Position numbers and translations under genes: made by a program. Shown here piece after piece: positions 31,501 through 40,935 of a stretch of DNA of 40,935 bases. The notes under the pieces are model-generated. The model was not told the origin of the DNA and ran no database searches. It saw only the letters and a list, made by a program, of their open reading frames with translations. The stretch spans positions 1 to 40,935 of the forward strand of contig JWZX01001827.1 of NCBI GenBank assembly GCA_001275005.1, in the 5' to 3' direction. The number at the start of each line of letters is the position of its first letter. Positions within the stretch are counted from its first letter, which is position 1. Origin of the DNA: Chrysochromulina tobinii (lineage: Eukaryota).

Positions 31501-31508
31501 GCGAAACG

Positions 31509-31551
31509 TTAGGGCAGATTAGGGAGATTAGGGCAGATTAGGGAGATTAGG
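31509..31551 (+). repeat. Interstitial telomere-like repeat, TTAGGG(C)AGA x4 plus a partial copy
   Basis: TTAGGGCAGA TTAGGGAGA TTAGGGCAGA TTAGGGAGA TTAGG. Confidence 0.75.
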
Positions 31552-32085
31552 CGCTCCGATTCCGATTGCGCATATTTGGGGAGACTGCGGTCGCGGCTCA
31601 GAGGGCGGACCGGACGCGCCGGGCCGCGGGAGCTGAGAACCGACCGCCTTCCAACCGACAACGTGACCGGCTGACGCCGCGCGTGGACTTCGCTCCGCGT
31701 GATCAAGGGAGAAGGGAAACCCGGTCGCGGCCCGTAAAAATACCGGCCCCTCACCGTTGTTAGTCCGATTCAAGTCACTTGACCTCGCTAGTCGAACGGA
31801 TGCGAATAACGCGGCTTATTACACGAAAAGCGCGCCCGGAACACACCCGGAATGTTGGGACGCTTCGTCAACTCCCTTTACCCTTACACACACCCGACGC
31901 CCCCAGATCTTTGAGGAGTTCACACCCTTGGTAATTGCAAACCCCCAAAGAGGCGCTTGGCCGGCACAGCAAGGCCCAAAGCCTCGTGGTCGCCTTGATG
32001 GAGTATGGAGACGAGTATCGGCTTGATGGAGCATCGAGGGCGTAGCTTGGTGGAGAACCGTGGGCGTGACCCCCAGGCTGGACGC

Positions 32086-32664
32086 CTAGTTGTACAGGAA
32101 GGGGAGGCCGGTGATGAGTTTGTCGAGGCCGTCGAAGCCGGGCGAGACGAAGTTCTGCGAATCGTGGCGCAGGAGCTCGAGGGAAGCGAGCATGGCGATG
32201 CGGCCGTGCTGGAGCTCGCAGAGCTTGCGGCGCTCCAACTCCTCCTCGTCGAGCTGGGGCTTGCCAATGCTGAAGTCGCCGAGGACACCCCAGTAGTCGA
32301 CGGCGCCGATGAGGAAGACCATCTGCAGCCAGCCGAGCGACGGGATGGCGTTGATGGCGGCGACGCCGTTGGGGATATCGGCGAAGGCGACGCCCGGGGC
32401 GATCTCGCCGGGGAAGCGGTAGAACTCCGGCACGACGTAGCCGAGGACGCAGAGCTGCGCCACGCGGCCGTGCTTGAGCTCGGCCGTGCGGTACTGGGCG
32501 AAGGTATCCTCGTCAATGTCTGTGGAGAGGCCGAGGGGGTCAAAGAATCCGGTGGGAGCGATGACGCCGAGCTCGTTCTCGTACGTCATCGAGATCGGGC
32601 GCGAGCGCATGACCGGGGCCTGGAAGGCCTGGACGGAGGCGGCGAGAGCGACGATGGCGGACAT
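32086..32664 (-). CDS. Fucoxanthin chlorophyll a/c-binding light-harvesting protein
   Basis: Signal peptide with VQAFQAP (ASAFAP-like), GFFDPLGL, ELKHGRVAQL, ELQHGRIAMLA. Confidence 0.96.
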   Translation of the reverse strand: MSAIVALAASVQAFQAPVMRSRPISMTYENELGVIAPTGFFDPLGLSTDIDEDTFAQYRTAELKHGRVAQLCVLGYVVPEFYRFPGEIAPGVAFADIPNGVAAINAIPSLGWLQMVFLIGAVDYWGVLGDFSIGKPQLDEEELERRKLCELQHGRIAMLASLELLRHDSQNFVSPGFDGLDKLITGLPFLYN

Positions 32665-33298
32665 TTCTTTTGATTGCTGCGAGCGAGAGAAGAAGAGGAT
32701 GCGTGAACATCATGAAGGCATTTGACCAAGGCGTGCTGTCACAGGCGGTCTTGCGCGCGCGCGTGAGCTGCAAGTAAGGTGAACGGCCGGCTTGGAGATG
32801 TGCATGGCAGCCGCGCGCCCGTGTTGTGCACGCGGCGAAGCCACGGCACTGCTTGCGTTGCAAGGTGAAGCATCATCTCACATGAGGTGCGAAAATGAGG
32901 GAGAGCGAGGAGATGCGAATTGAGAATTTAATTTACGACGCGCCATGAAAGGCAAGTGGAGTCAACTATAGTCATGTTCATTGGGAACGCAGTCCGACAG
33001 ACGAGGCGCGGACGGCCTTATTTTTCGATCGCGATCGATTTTCGTTTTTTTATCCGTTCATTACGGCTCGCACCCACCAGCAAACAACATGCTGTGCGCA
33101 CATCGGACATCGCCGGCGGCGCTCGTCACCAATTCGACAGTCTGCCCGTAGTGGTTAGCGGGGCACACCCTAAGGCTCGACGCGTTCCGCGCGCCCCCAG
33201 CGCCCAGGATCCCCAACACGTCACAGAGAGCGACACCGCACGCGCGCACGAGCCTGCGGACGTGCATGTCGCACTGCTGCCGCGGACGTAGCAGCACC

Positions 33299-34180
33299 TT
33301 ACAGCGTCTCACCGATCGGGAAGACCGGGTTGCCAGTCAGCGACTCGTGGATCACCATACCCGTGATGCCCATCATGGCAGCGCGGCCGTTGTTGCGCTC
33401 GGCGTTGAGCTTCCACGTGCGGCCGAGGAAGAGCTCCTCCTTGCCCACCTTTTTCGTCGAGCCGTCGCCCAGCCACACATCGTAGCCGTCGGGGTAGCGC
33501 GCCCACCAATATCCCGCCGGGACTACATCGCCAGGCTCCTTTGCCGGATCCTGCTTAAGGAAGTTAATCTCGCAGAAGGAGATGAAGAGGATGATCTGGA
33601 ACCAGGCGGCGGTGGGGAGCGCGGCCCACGACGCGATCGCGCCGCCCGGAATGTCCGAGAACTTGATGTTGTCCGCGACGGACAGGTAACCCGGCCAGCG
33701 AGCGCCCGAATAGGTGGTGATGACGCCAAGGAAGGCGGCCATTGCCAGGCGGCCGTGCTTGATCTCCATCTCCACGAAGCGGCGGTAGCGGGCGGGGCCC
33801 TGCTCGCGGATCTGCAGCGGATCCCAGCGGCCGAGCGGCGGCAGCACGCCAACCTCGTCGTACTTCGGAACGAAAGTGTTCACCTCGTTGTACGACTTGC
33901 CGGTCACATCAATGAAGGTCGGGCCCGTCTTCTTGGCCGGACGCGGGACAGCCTTCTTGGCGGCCGGCGCCTTCTTGGCGGCCTGCGCCTTCTTGGCGCC
34001 CGGCAAGACGCCCGGCGGCGCCTTCTTGGCCACCCCCTTCTTCCCGCGGAAGTTGACGCGCGGGTCAGCGGTCACATCACCAGCGAAGAACATCTGCGGC
34101 GCCGCGGCGCGCATGCACTGCGGCTGCGGCATGATCTGGGAAACCAGGCCCGAGGAAGCAATCATCGAGAGCGAAAGCAT
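33299..34180 (-). CDS. Fucoxanthin chlorophyll a/c-binding light-harvesting protein with K/A/P-rich N-terminal extension
   Basis: GVLPPLGRWDPL, EIKHGRLAMAAFLG, AERNNGRAAMMGITG. Confidence 0.95.
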   Translation of the reverse strand: MLSLSMIASSGLVSQIMPQPQCMRAAAPQMFFAGDVTADPRVNFRGKKGVAKKAPPGVLPGAKKAQAAKKAPAAKKAVPRPAKKTGPTFIDVTGKSYNEVNTFVPKYDEVGVLPPLGRWDPLQIREQGPARYRRFVEMEIKHGRLAMAAFLGVITTYSGARWPGYLSVADNIKFSDIPGGAIASWAALPTAAWFQIILFISFCEINFLKQDPAKEPGDVVPAGYWWARYPDGYDVWLGDGSTKKVGKEELFLGRTWKLNAERNNGRAAMMGITGMVIHESLTGNPVFPIGETL

Positions 34181-34629
34181 GGCTGGGATCTGCGCAATGG
34201 GGCGGGTTGACGCTTACTCGTCAGCACGAAGCGAATTCTAAAGGCAGCGAAGGGCTCGTCTGGAACAAGGCAGCAGAATCGCAGCACGCCTCGGCTCAAA
34301 GGCCACCGCCGCTGGCGCCTCTGGAGAAGCGCGTGGCACCAGAGCGTTGGCGTGCACGCCATGCCCGCAGGCACGGCTGCTCCGCAGCTCGGAGCTCGCA
34401 GCAGGCAGCACAACAGCACGCAAGGCCGAAGTGGCGCACCGTCGCGAATTAGATCGTCCGACGAAGGTGATCTCTTGCAATCTCTTCGCAATGCCAAATT
34501 GAAGTATGAACGTAAAAGGTCCGCCGAGGTGTCGGGGGGAGGGTCCAAATACGCTACACGCGCTACTATTTTGGTGTGAGCAACTACGGACTGAACAGGA
34601 ACTAGACTCTAGAGACGCGCGGGGGCGGT

Positions 34630-37393
34630 TCAACACCTGACCAGCCTCCCTGCCACAGCCGCGAGCGTGAGCGCGAGCAGCATTGACGCCATCCCCGCTC
34701 GGTGGCGGCCGCCGGGCGGCGCGGCGCTGAGCATGCCGCCATCGCCGGGCCCACCCTCGCCAAAGATGTCGAGCGTCGCTTGCTGACGCGGCGGCGAGGA
34801 AGCTGGAGCAGGCGGGTTGACCCTCTGCGGAATTTGCGGAATGACGAGCCGGCAATAGCCGTCGGCCACGTCGACGTGCACAAGGCGTGGCGCGTACAGG
34901 TCGGTCGGCGGCGGCGCGCTCACGCCGGGCGGGCGTGCGGGCGGCAGGGGCGGCGGCGCTGGCGCGCTCGGACTCGCCGAGCCGATCAGGACGACGAGTT
35001 GCAGCGACTGCGCGCACGCGACGCCATCGTTCAGGACGGCAGGGCGGCCGAGGGCGCGGCTCTGGTCCATTACCTGGGAGAAGCGCACGGTGGCGCCGCC
35101 TGCCTGTGGCAACACGACCTCCGTACTCCCCCCCGCTGGCAGCGACGCACTCGCGTTAAAGAGCAGCGCCGTGCTGAGTAGAGCGCGCGCCGTCAGTCCG
35201 GGCAACGTCGCGCTGGTGCTGGTGCTGGTGCTCACCGTACCGCTCCGAGCACGCAGCTCGTTGATGACGAGCAACCTCACCGTGGACGCCGCTACCTGTG
35301 CACGGGACGAGCCCTCGTCCGCCACGCGCCAGCGCAGGGCGCTGGCACTTCTGCTGCTGACGAATCCGCAGCTGGCACTGCCGCCGCCGCCGCCGCTGTC
35401 GCCCGTGCTGCGCTTGAGAAGGAGCACGTTGCGGGCTTGATTGTGGATCGTGACGCAGTAGATGGGGCTGAGTGGCACGAAGGGCGGCTGCGTCGAGAGC
35501 ACGCGTGCAAATATGTTGCCCACGGCCACATCGGCGATGGTCACCGCGCCAAAGCCGAGCACCGCCGTCCGGTAGTTGAGAGCGAGTAACGACGGTCCCC
35601 ACTCGAGCCGAACCGCCTCGGTGCTAGGCTCGACGTTGAGCATCGCGAGCGAGGACGAGGCGCCCGCGTCGACGACGGAGGCGGGGAGCGAGCACGCCGA
35701 GCTCGTGCCATCGATGCGCATGAGAACTGGGTCAAAGAGGTCGAGGTGGGAGAGGGTGCCCACGAGCACGATCGCGTAGGCGGCGCCCTCGCAGAGAGTC
35801 GACAGGTCTATCCTAACATGGGTCGAGGCGGTGATACCGGGCATGATGAAGGAGAGTTTGAGCAGCTGAGCCGCCTGATGAGGTGCCACTAGCGGGTGGT
35901 CGAAGGCGGCGAATGAGCCCACTGCGACGCTCATCAGCTCGATGTCGTCATTGGCCACGACGGTCGCGTTTGGCATGGATAGCGCCGCATGCGAGAACAA
36001 CAGCCGAAAGTGGAACGGCGAGATCGCCGCCTCAGGCGCGGCGGATTGCTGCATGCGCTCGATGCGCAGGCCGCCGCTGACGCTCGACATGACGCCCATA
36101 ACGTTACGCCGCTGCGTGTGCACCATCAGCCGGTGCATGCTGATGAGGCTCGATCCCGTAGTGCTCTCGACTGCTACCCACAACTCACCCGGCTGGCGGA
36201 CGGTACGCACGCCGACCCCCATGTAGAGAAGGTTGCCTGTGCGCGTGAGCCGCGCGCGCGGCATAAAGGGCGAGACGCCGAAGGCGCTTACGAGCGTCGT
36301 GTTGGGCACCGCGTTGTACACGCTCAGCTCCGCATCGAACCTTGAAGCTGGGCCCGCGAGCTGTGCCTCGGTGTAGGAGCACCTGGTGGGGCCAGCACCG
36401 TCGAGGCGCAGCACCTGCATGCAATCCGTCGCAATCAGCCGCAATCAGAGGCAATTAGAGGCAATCAGGCACCGTCGAGGCGCAGCACCTGCATGCAATC
36501 CGTCGCAATCAGCCGCAATCAGAGGCAATGAGAGGCAATCAGGCACCGTCGAGGCGCAGCACCTGCAGCGGCAGATTGTCCGCAGGGCTGCCGATGAGGT
36601 AGAAGGCGGTGGTCGCCATCTCGCACGTCGTTCCCCACAGGTCCGTTGGCGGCGAGGGCTCGGCGGCGATGCCCGACGTCGGTGTCGCAAAGGTGATGCC
36701 GACAGGGCTGGACATGTCGCTGATCGTGAGCAGCCGCTGCTCGATCTTGATGGAGGTGCCCGCGCTCACGGTCGTGACGATCGACTCGCCGTTGGCGATG
36801 ATCTGCGCCGACGCACCCACGCCGATCGCCGCATGCCGGAAGATGGTGCGAAAGTTGCCCGGCTCGATCTCGCCAAGGCCCTGCTCGTTGATCACCTGAA
36901 AGCGGCTCGTGCAACCGGCGACGCTGCCCTGAGAGATGGCCGCGCCTATATGATTGCGCCGCTGCATCGAGAGGTACACGCGCGTCGGCGCCCGGAGCTG
37001 CGATCCATCGTTCGGGTTGATGATCGATATGTCGAGGTACAGCACGTCGCCGGCAAGTGTGACGTAGAGCTCGCGTCCGTAGCGGAGGAAGAGCTTGCAG
37101 CGCGGCGGATTGGGCACGCGGTATTCGATAGGGCAGCTCAACTGGCCAGCGGAGCCCGATCGCGCTTCGTCAGGGAACTGCAACTCGATGGCCTGCAGGG
37201 CGCTGCACGCAGCCACGTTGAAGAAGGAGAGGGTCGTGTTGCTCGGCGGCGCAGGTGGCGAGGGCGGCGGTGGACCACGTGGCGGCGAGGGCGGCGGCGG
37301 CGGGAAGATGATTCTCGGGATGCTCTGAGCGACACTGAGCGGGGAGCTGGCGAGGAGCAGAATGGACGAGCGTTGAATCGCCATTGGCCCCAT
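34630..37393 (-). CDS. Secreted/surface-anchored beta-rich protein with DUF4397-like repeats; exons 37393-36563, 36414-34630
   Basis: N-terminal signal-like SILLLASSPLSVAQS, Pro linkers, repeated motifs (TIFRHAAIG, LSVYNAVP, LLFSHAALS, AYAIVLVG), hydrophobic C-terminus. Phase-0 double intron 36562-36415 joins ORFs 36539-37396 and 34630-36444. Confidence 0.72.
36415..36562 (-). other. Double intron (2 x 74 nt)
   Basis: Units 36562-36489 and 36488-36415 each run GTGCTGCG...GCATGCAG and differ at one base. Confidence 0.85.
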
Positions 37394-38402
37394 CACTTGT
37401 AATACATGTCATGTACGAAATATGGGCCCAGGGGGCGAGCCGCGAGGGCTGGGGACCCGCTTTTCTTTTCGTCTCTCTATACAAAAACTTGCACACGGAC
37501 CCGGTCAGGAGCGGAAACCGCGGACGCCACCTACGGACGCCTCCCACGCAGCCGGGCGGATCGGCGGCGGGCGCAGGCCTGCGGCGCACGCCGCAGCCGC
37601 GCCGACATCGGTGCGAGGCAGCAGCCTCTGCGGGGAGGCGACGATGGCGGGGCGCGGCGCGTGGAGACTAGATGGCGGGGCGCGGCGCGTGAAGACAATC
37701 GCGCCATCGTCGCCTCCCCCGGTTCTGCTCGGACGTCGTCCCCACATCGCCTTGCACAATGCGCTGACGCTTCCTTTTACTACCGTCCCCGTCGGGGCGG
37801 CGTTGGAGACGCCGGCGGCATCGAACCTGCGTGCACCGACGCGCCCGATGGCGCGCCTCCCCCGTGGGGAACGCAAAGACGCACTCGACACCGTCGCATG
37901 ACGACGGTGTCGAGCACGAGTAGCTTCCGCCGCCGCCTCCTCCGTGGGTGTCAAGCCGCAGGCCGAGGCACCACATTCGGCGCCGGTTGCGCCGCGCGGC
38001 GCGCGGCGTCGGCGCCTTCGCCGCCGCACCTGCACAGCACGCGCGCGCACTCAGCGCCATCGTGCTGCGGGCACGAGCTGGCCCGCAGCTTGGGAATCCG
38101 AGCGCAGCTCCTCCGTAGCGCGCGCGCGTCAAGGCGCGCGGCGAACGGGGCGCGCGCAGGTCGATGGCAAATGGAGAGATTCTCGGGAGCAGCTCTGCTC
38201 TCCGACGCGCCTGGAGCCGGCCGCAGCGGTGCGGAGGCGCGCATCGTGCGGAGGCAAAAAAAGGTTGCACGGAGCACGAATTAAAGGGGGTCCGAGCCAG
38301 TACCCTGAAAGGCTGCTGCGCTCGCCTTTTTCAGGGTCCCCAGGATAACCATGGAACATGTATTCAACGTCATGCAAACTTGGTCCTGCCGTGTGTCTGA
38401 TG

Positions 38403-38436
38403 TCAAGTCAAGTCTAAACATAAACAACAGACAGTT
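38403..38436. mobile_element. Left-end fragment of the MITE family between 40-bp direct repeats
   Basis: TCAAGTCAAGTCTAAACATAAACAACAGACA, flanked by repeats 38363-38402 and 38437-38476. Confidence 0.75.
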
Positions 38437-38538
38437 TTCAACGTCATGCAAACTTGGACCTGCCGTGTGTCTGATGAAGGTCGACAGATGAATGCACATG
38501 TGCATGGTCAGATAAGAGGTATCGGCAGGCTTCGCCAT

Positions 38539-39471
38539 ATGTCGGCGAGCAACGTGGCTGAGGCCCTTCCCTTTCTCAATGACGCGCGCGCAAACGTGCG
38601 CGAGGTGGCGGCCGTGGGCCTCGCGAGCCTCACCTCGACGTCGGAGCCTCACCTCGACGAGTACGACGCCGACGATCGCAGCCGTGCCGTCGCGTGCCTG
38701 CCATCCGCGGGCCCGAGGGAGTCGGTGCCGCCATTCATATCCAAGCTCTATGACATCCTCTCCCATTCGAACGTTCCGACCGACACCATCAGGTGGGGCG
38801 CCAATGGCGACACGATCGTGGTGACCGATCAGGAGCGTTTTGCAACTGAAGTGCTGCCGCGCTATTTCAAGCACAACAACATCCGCTCGTTCGTCCGGCA
38901 GCTCAACAGCTACCGATTCCAGCGCTGCCGACCGGCCGCGGACGAAATGGGTGAGCACGGCCGGCTCGAGTTTTACTTGCCGACCTTCCGAGCCGGTCGC
39001 AAGGACCTGCTCTGCTACTGCACGCGCGGCAACGTGCCGCAGAGGCTGCCGCCTGGGATGTCGTGGTCGCCGCTGCCGCTCCACGTCGAGGCCCGGGCGT
39101 CGACGGCCTCCGCCCCCGCCCCCATCAGCCTCCCAGATGATACGCTTGCTCTATCGAAGGAGTTAATAAGCGTGCAAGAGGCCATCGCCATGCTTGACGC
39201 GCAGGTCAATCGGCAAGCAAGCGAGATGCAAGGGCGCGTCGGCATGCTCATTGACCTCCTCGGACTACGACCGCCGCCGCCTAACGTGCCTGCCGAACCC
39301 TTTCCCGCCGAGCCTGCCCCGCGGCCGCGGCATGGGCCGCAGATGGGGTTGCGGCACGCAGCGCCCCCGCATGCGACGACCCCGCATGCGCCGCAACCGC
39401 CGATAATGGCGCTCGCCGACCTGCCCCCATCCGCGGACCTCGGCTCGCAGCCGTGCACGATGGGCAGTTGA
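38539..39471 (+). CDS. Heat shock transcription factor (HSF DNA-binding domain plus short coiled coil)
   Basis: PPFISKLYDIL...IRWGANGDTIVV..ERFATEVLPRYFKHNNIRSFVRQLNSYRF...EFYLPTFRAGRKDLL. Confidence 0.92.
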   Translation: MSASNVAEALPFLNDARANVREVAAVGLASLTSTSEPHLDEYDADDRSRAVACLPSAGPRESVPPFISKLYDILSHSNVPTDTIRWGANGDTIVVTDQERFATEVLPRYFKHNNIRSFVRQLNSYRFQRCRPAADEMGEHGRLEFYLPTFRAGRKDLLCYCTRGNVPQRLPPGMSWSPLPLHVEARASTASAPAPISLPDDTLALSKELISVQEAIAMLDAQVNRQASEMQGRVGMLIDLLGLRPPPPNVPAEPFPAEPAPRPRHGPQMGLRHAAPPHATTPHAPQPPIMALADLPPSADLGSQPCTMGS

Positions 39472-39751
39472 CCTGAAACCAGAAGGCGGGCTCCGTCTTG
39501 CCAAAGCCGCTTGGCATGGCAGCAGGACGCCCGGCTCGCTCAGTATACCGAACGAACGAACGGTCCCGATTGCGCGATGTGTCCATGAGTGTGGTGGTAA
39601 TCTTGGAGTAATAATGCCACAGCCAATACTCCCAGATGAACATTATAGGCATCGTCGACGAGCTTCGACGGCAGCTGAGAGCTCGGATTTGTTTGCCCCG
39701 CGCCCGTCCACGCCATCCCGATGCCGTAGCGTGCTTGTGCTCCCTCAACCC

Positions 39752-40807
39752 TCATTCTTCGCCGGGCCCTCCGCCCAGGTGGCGCCGGCGCAGCTGGTCG
39801 CGGCGCTCCGCCTCTTCCTTGGCCTCCGCTAGCCAGTCGTCAGCGTCTACGCCTCCGTCGACCGTGACAATCGGTGTCCACTCGAGCGCCTCAGCCTCTG
39901 AACGCACCACGGGGGCGCCGGGCTCGATGGCGGGCTGGGCGGCCGCGCCCGTCAGGCGCGCCGCGAGCAGCTGCTCGCGCACCGCGATCGCCACCGCTCC
40001 CTCGAGATCAGGTAGGCCGAGGTCCGCGCAGAGCTGCCGTGCAAACTGCTCGGGGGTTGGCTCTGTGCGGCTCGTGTCCCATATGACGTGGTCGCGCAAC
40101 TCGACGCCTGACTCATGCTCCACGTGCAGCTCGAGCGCCACCACGCCGCCTCCCGCGCTCGAGGGGCCGCCGCCGCTGACGCCGCCGACGCCGCCGACGC
40201 CGCCGACGCCGCCGACGCCGCCGACGCCGCCGACGCCGCCGACGCCCCCGCCGCTCTCGGCTGCAGCATCCTGGGCTGCTATTGCCTCCTTGCCAGCCTT
40301 CTTGAGCTGTGCGGCGATGGCCTCCTCGAAGACGGCAGGTAGGCCGACCTCGACGCGCGTGTGCTTGGCGAAGGCGTCGGCCGTCGCGGCGCTCTCGTGC
40401 GCATTCCACAGCACGGTCTCCGTGTACGTGTGCTCCACGCTCGGTGAAAGCTTGCTGCCGTCTATGTCGAGTCGCACGAGCACAAGGAGCTCCGCCGCTG
40501 GCGAGACGGGGTGGAACGTTTCGCGGAGCTGCTCGCCGATGGTGTTGAACGCTGGGGTGCTGGGAAGCGTCACCGGCTCGGCTGCCGTCGCTGCAGCCAC
40601 CGCCGCGCGCGCCCTCGCTTTTGTCACCTCGTCGATCGCCATTTGCACGACCGGCGCCACCGGTTGCGGCTTATACGGCTCCGGCTCGGCCGGCGTGTCC
40701 GGCGGCAGCGGCGGCGGCGGCGGCGGCGGCGGTGCGGGCGGCGGCGGTGCGGGCGGCGGCAGAAGCGGCGGAGGCTGGTCCGCGCGCTTCTTTTTATACG
40801 TCGACAT
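39752..40807 (-). CDS. SNF5/INI1/SFH1-family chromatin remodelling subunit
   Basis: Two SNF5 repeats (VRLDID...ETVLWN...ADAFAK...GLP; LELHVE..LRDHVIWD...TPEQFARQLCADLGL...AIAVREQL) and C-terminal VRSEAEALEWTPIV...ERRDQLRRR. Confidence 0.85.
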   Translation of the reverse strand: MSTYKKKRADQPPPLLPPPAPPPPAPPPPPPPPLPPDTPAEPEPYKPQPVAPVVQMAIDEVTKARARAAVAAATAAEPVTLPSTPAFNTIGEQLRETFHPVSPAAELLVLVRLDIDGSKLSPSVEHTYTETVLWNAHESAATADAFAKHTRVEVGLPAVFEEAIAAQLKKAGKEAIAAQDAAAESGGGVGGVGGVGGVGGVGGVGGVGGVSGGGPSSAGGGVVALELHVEHESGVELRDHVIWDTSRTEPTPEQFARQLCADLGLPDLEGAVAIAVREQLLAARLTGAAAQPAIEPGAPVVRSEAEALEWTPIVTVDGGVDADDWLAEAKEEAERRDQLRRRHLGGGPGEE

Positions 40808-40935
40808 CAATGTTGTGTTCGTCGACACCTACCAGCTTAATCGGGGTTAAGGCCATCTTCTCTTCACGGCGCCGTAACAGCGCCTCAAAGGCCCGTTCCG
40901 ATGCTACCGTACTGTTCACCGGAACCATACAGGAC

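Noticed and set aside
31770..31782. TCAAGTCACTTGA as a collapsed MITE footprint
   Set aside because: Too short to distinguish from chance, and no flanking TSD.
36395..36567. Three 25-nt repeats with ~49-nt spacers as a mini CRISPR
   Set aside because: The spacers are near-identical and the units are GT-AG introns that restore a reading frame.
37406..38350. Several overlapping 100-290 aa ORFs
   Set aside because: Arg/Ala/Pro-rich translations on both strands with no recognisable motif, typical of GC-rich intergenic DNA.
40170..40252. 9-nt (GGV)n repeat inside SNF5 as an intron or inserted element
   Set aside because: In-frame low-complexity linker between the two SNF5 repeats; no convincing splice signals.

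Overview
GC-rich, gene-dense eukaryotic algal DNA with few introns. It is most likely haptophyte (Chrysochromulina/Prymnesium-like), inferred from two fucoxanthin-chlorophyll a/c light-harvesting genes, base composition and intron style. About 20 protein-coding genes can be supported: SMYD-type SET methyltransferase, AMPK/MARK-type kinase, TRAPP subunit BET3, two MYB factors, HSF, SNF5-like, CIA1, ROK sugar kinase, DnaJ, U-box coiled-coil protein, SRPBCC-like protein, two LHC/FCP genes and several unknowns. Main observations: (1) a Deg/HtrA-type serine protease with a probable signal peptide whose usual PDZ domain is replaced by a ClpS N-degron adaptor domain; (2) a family of introns whose 5' part copies the start of the downstream exon and continues into CTGATTGCC-rich sequence, twice present as back-to-back 74+74 nt units joined by AG|GT; (3) a recurring 72-76 nt duplication period at five loci; (4) a MITE family with (CAAGT)n termini and an 8-bp TSD, found just upstream of all three transcription-factor genes. 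All family assignments come from motif recognition by eye; no searches were run.
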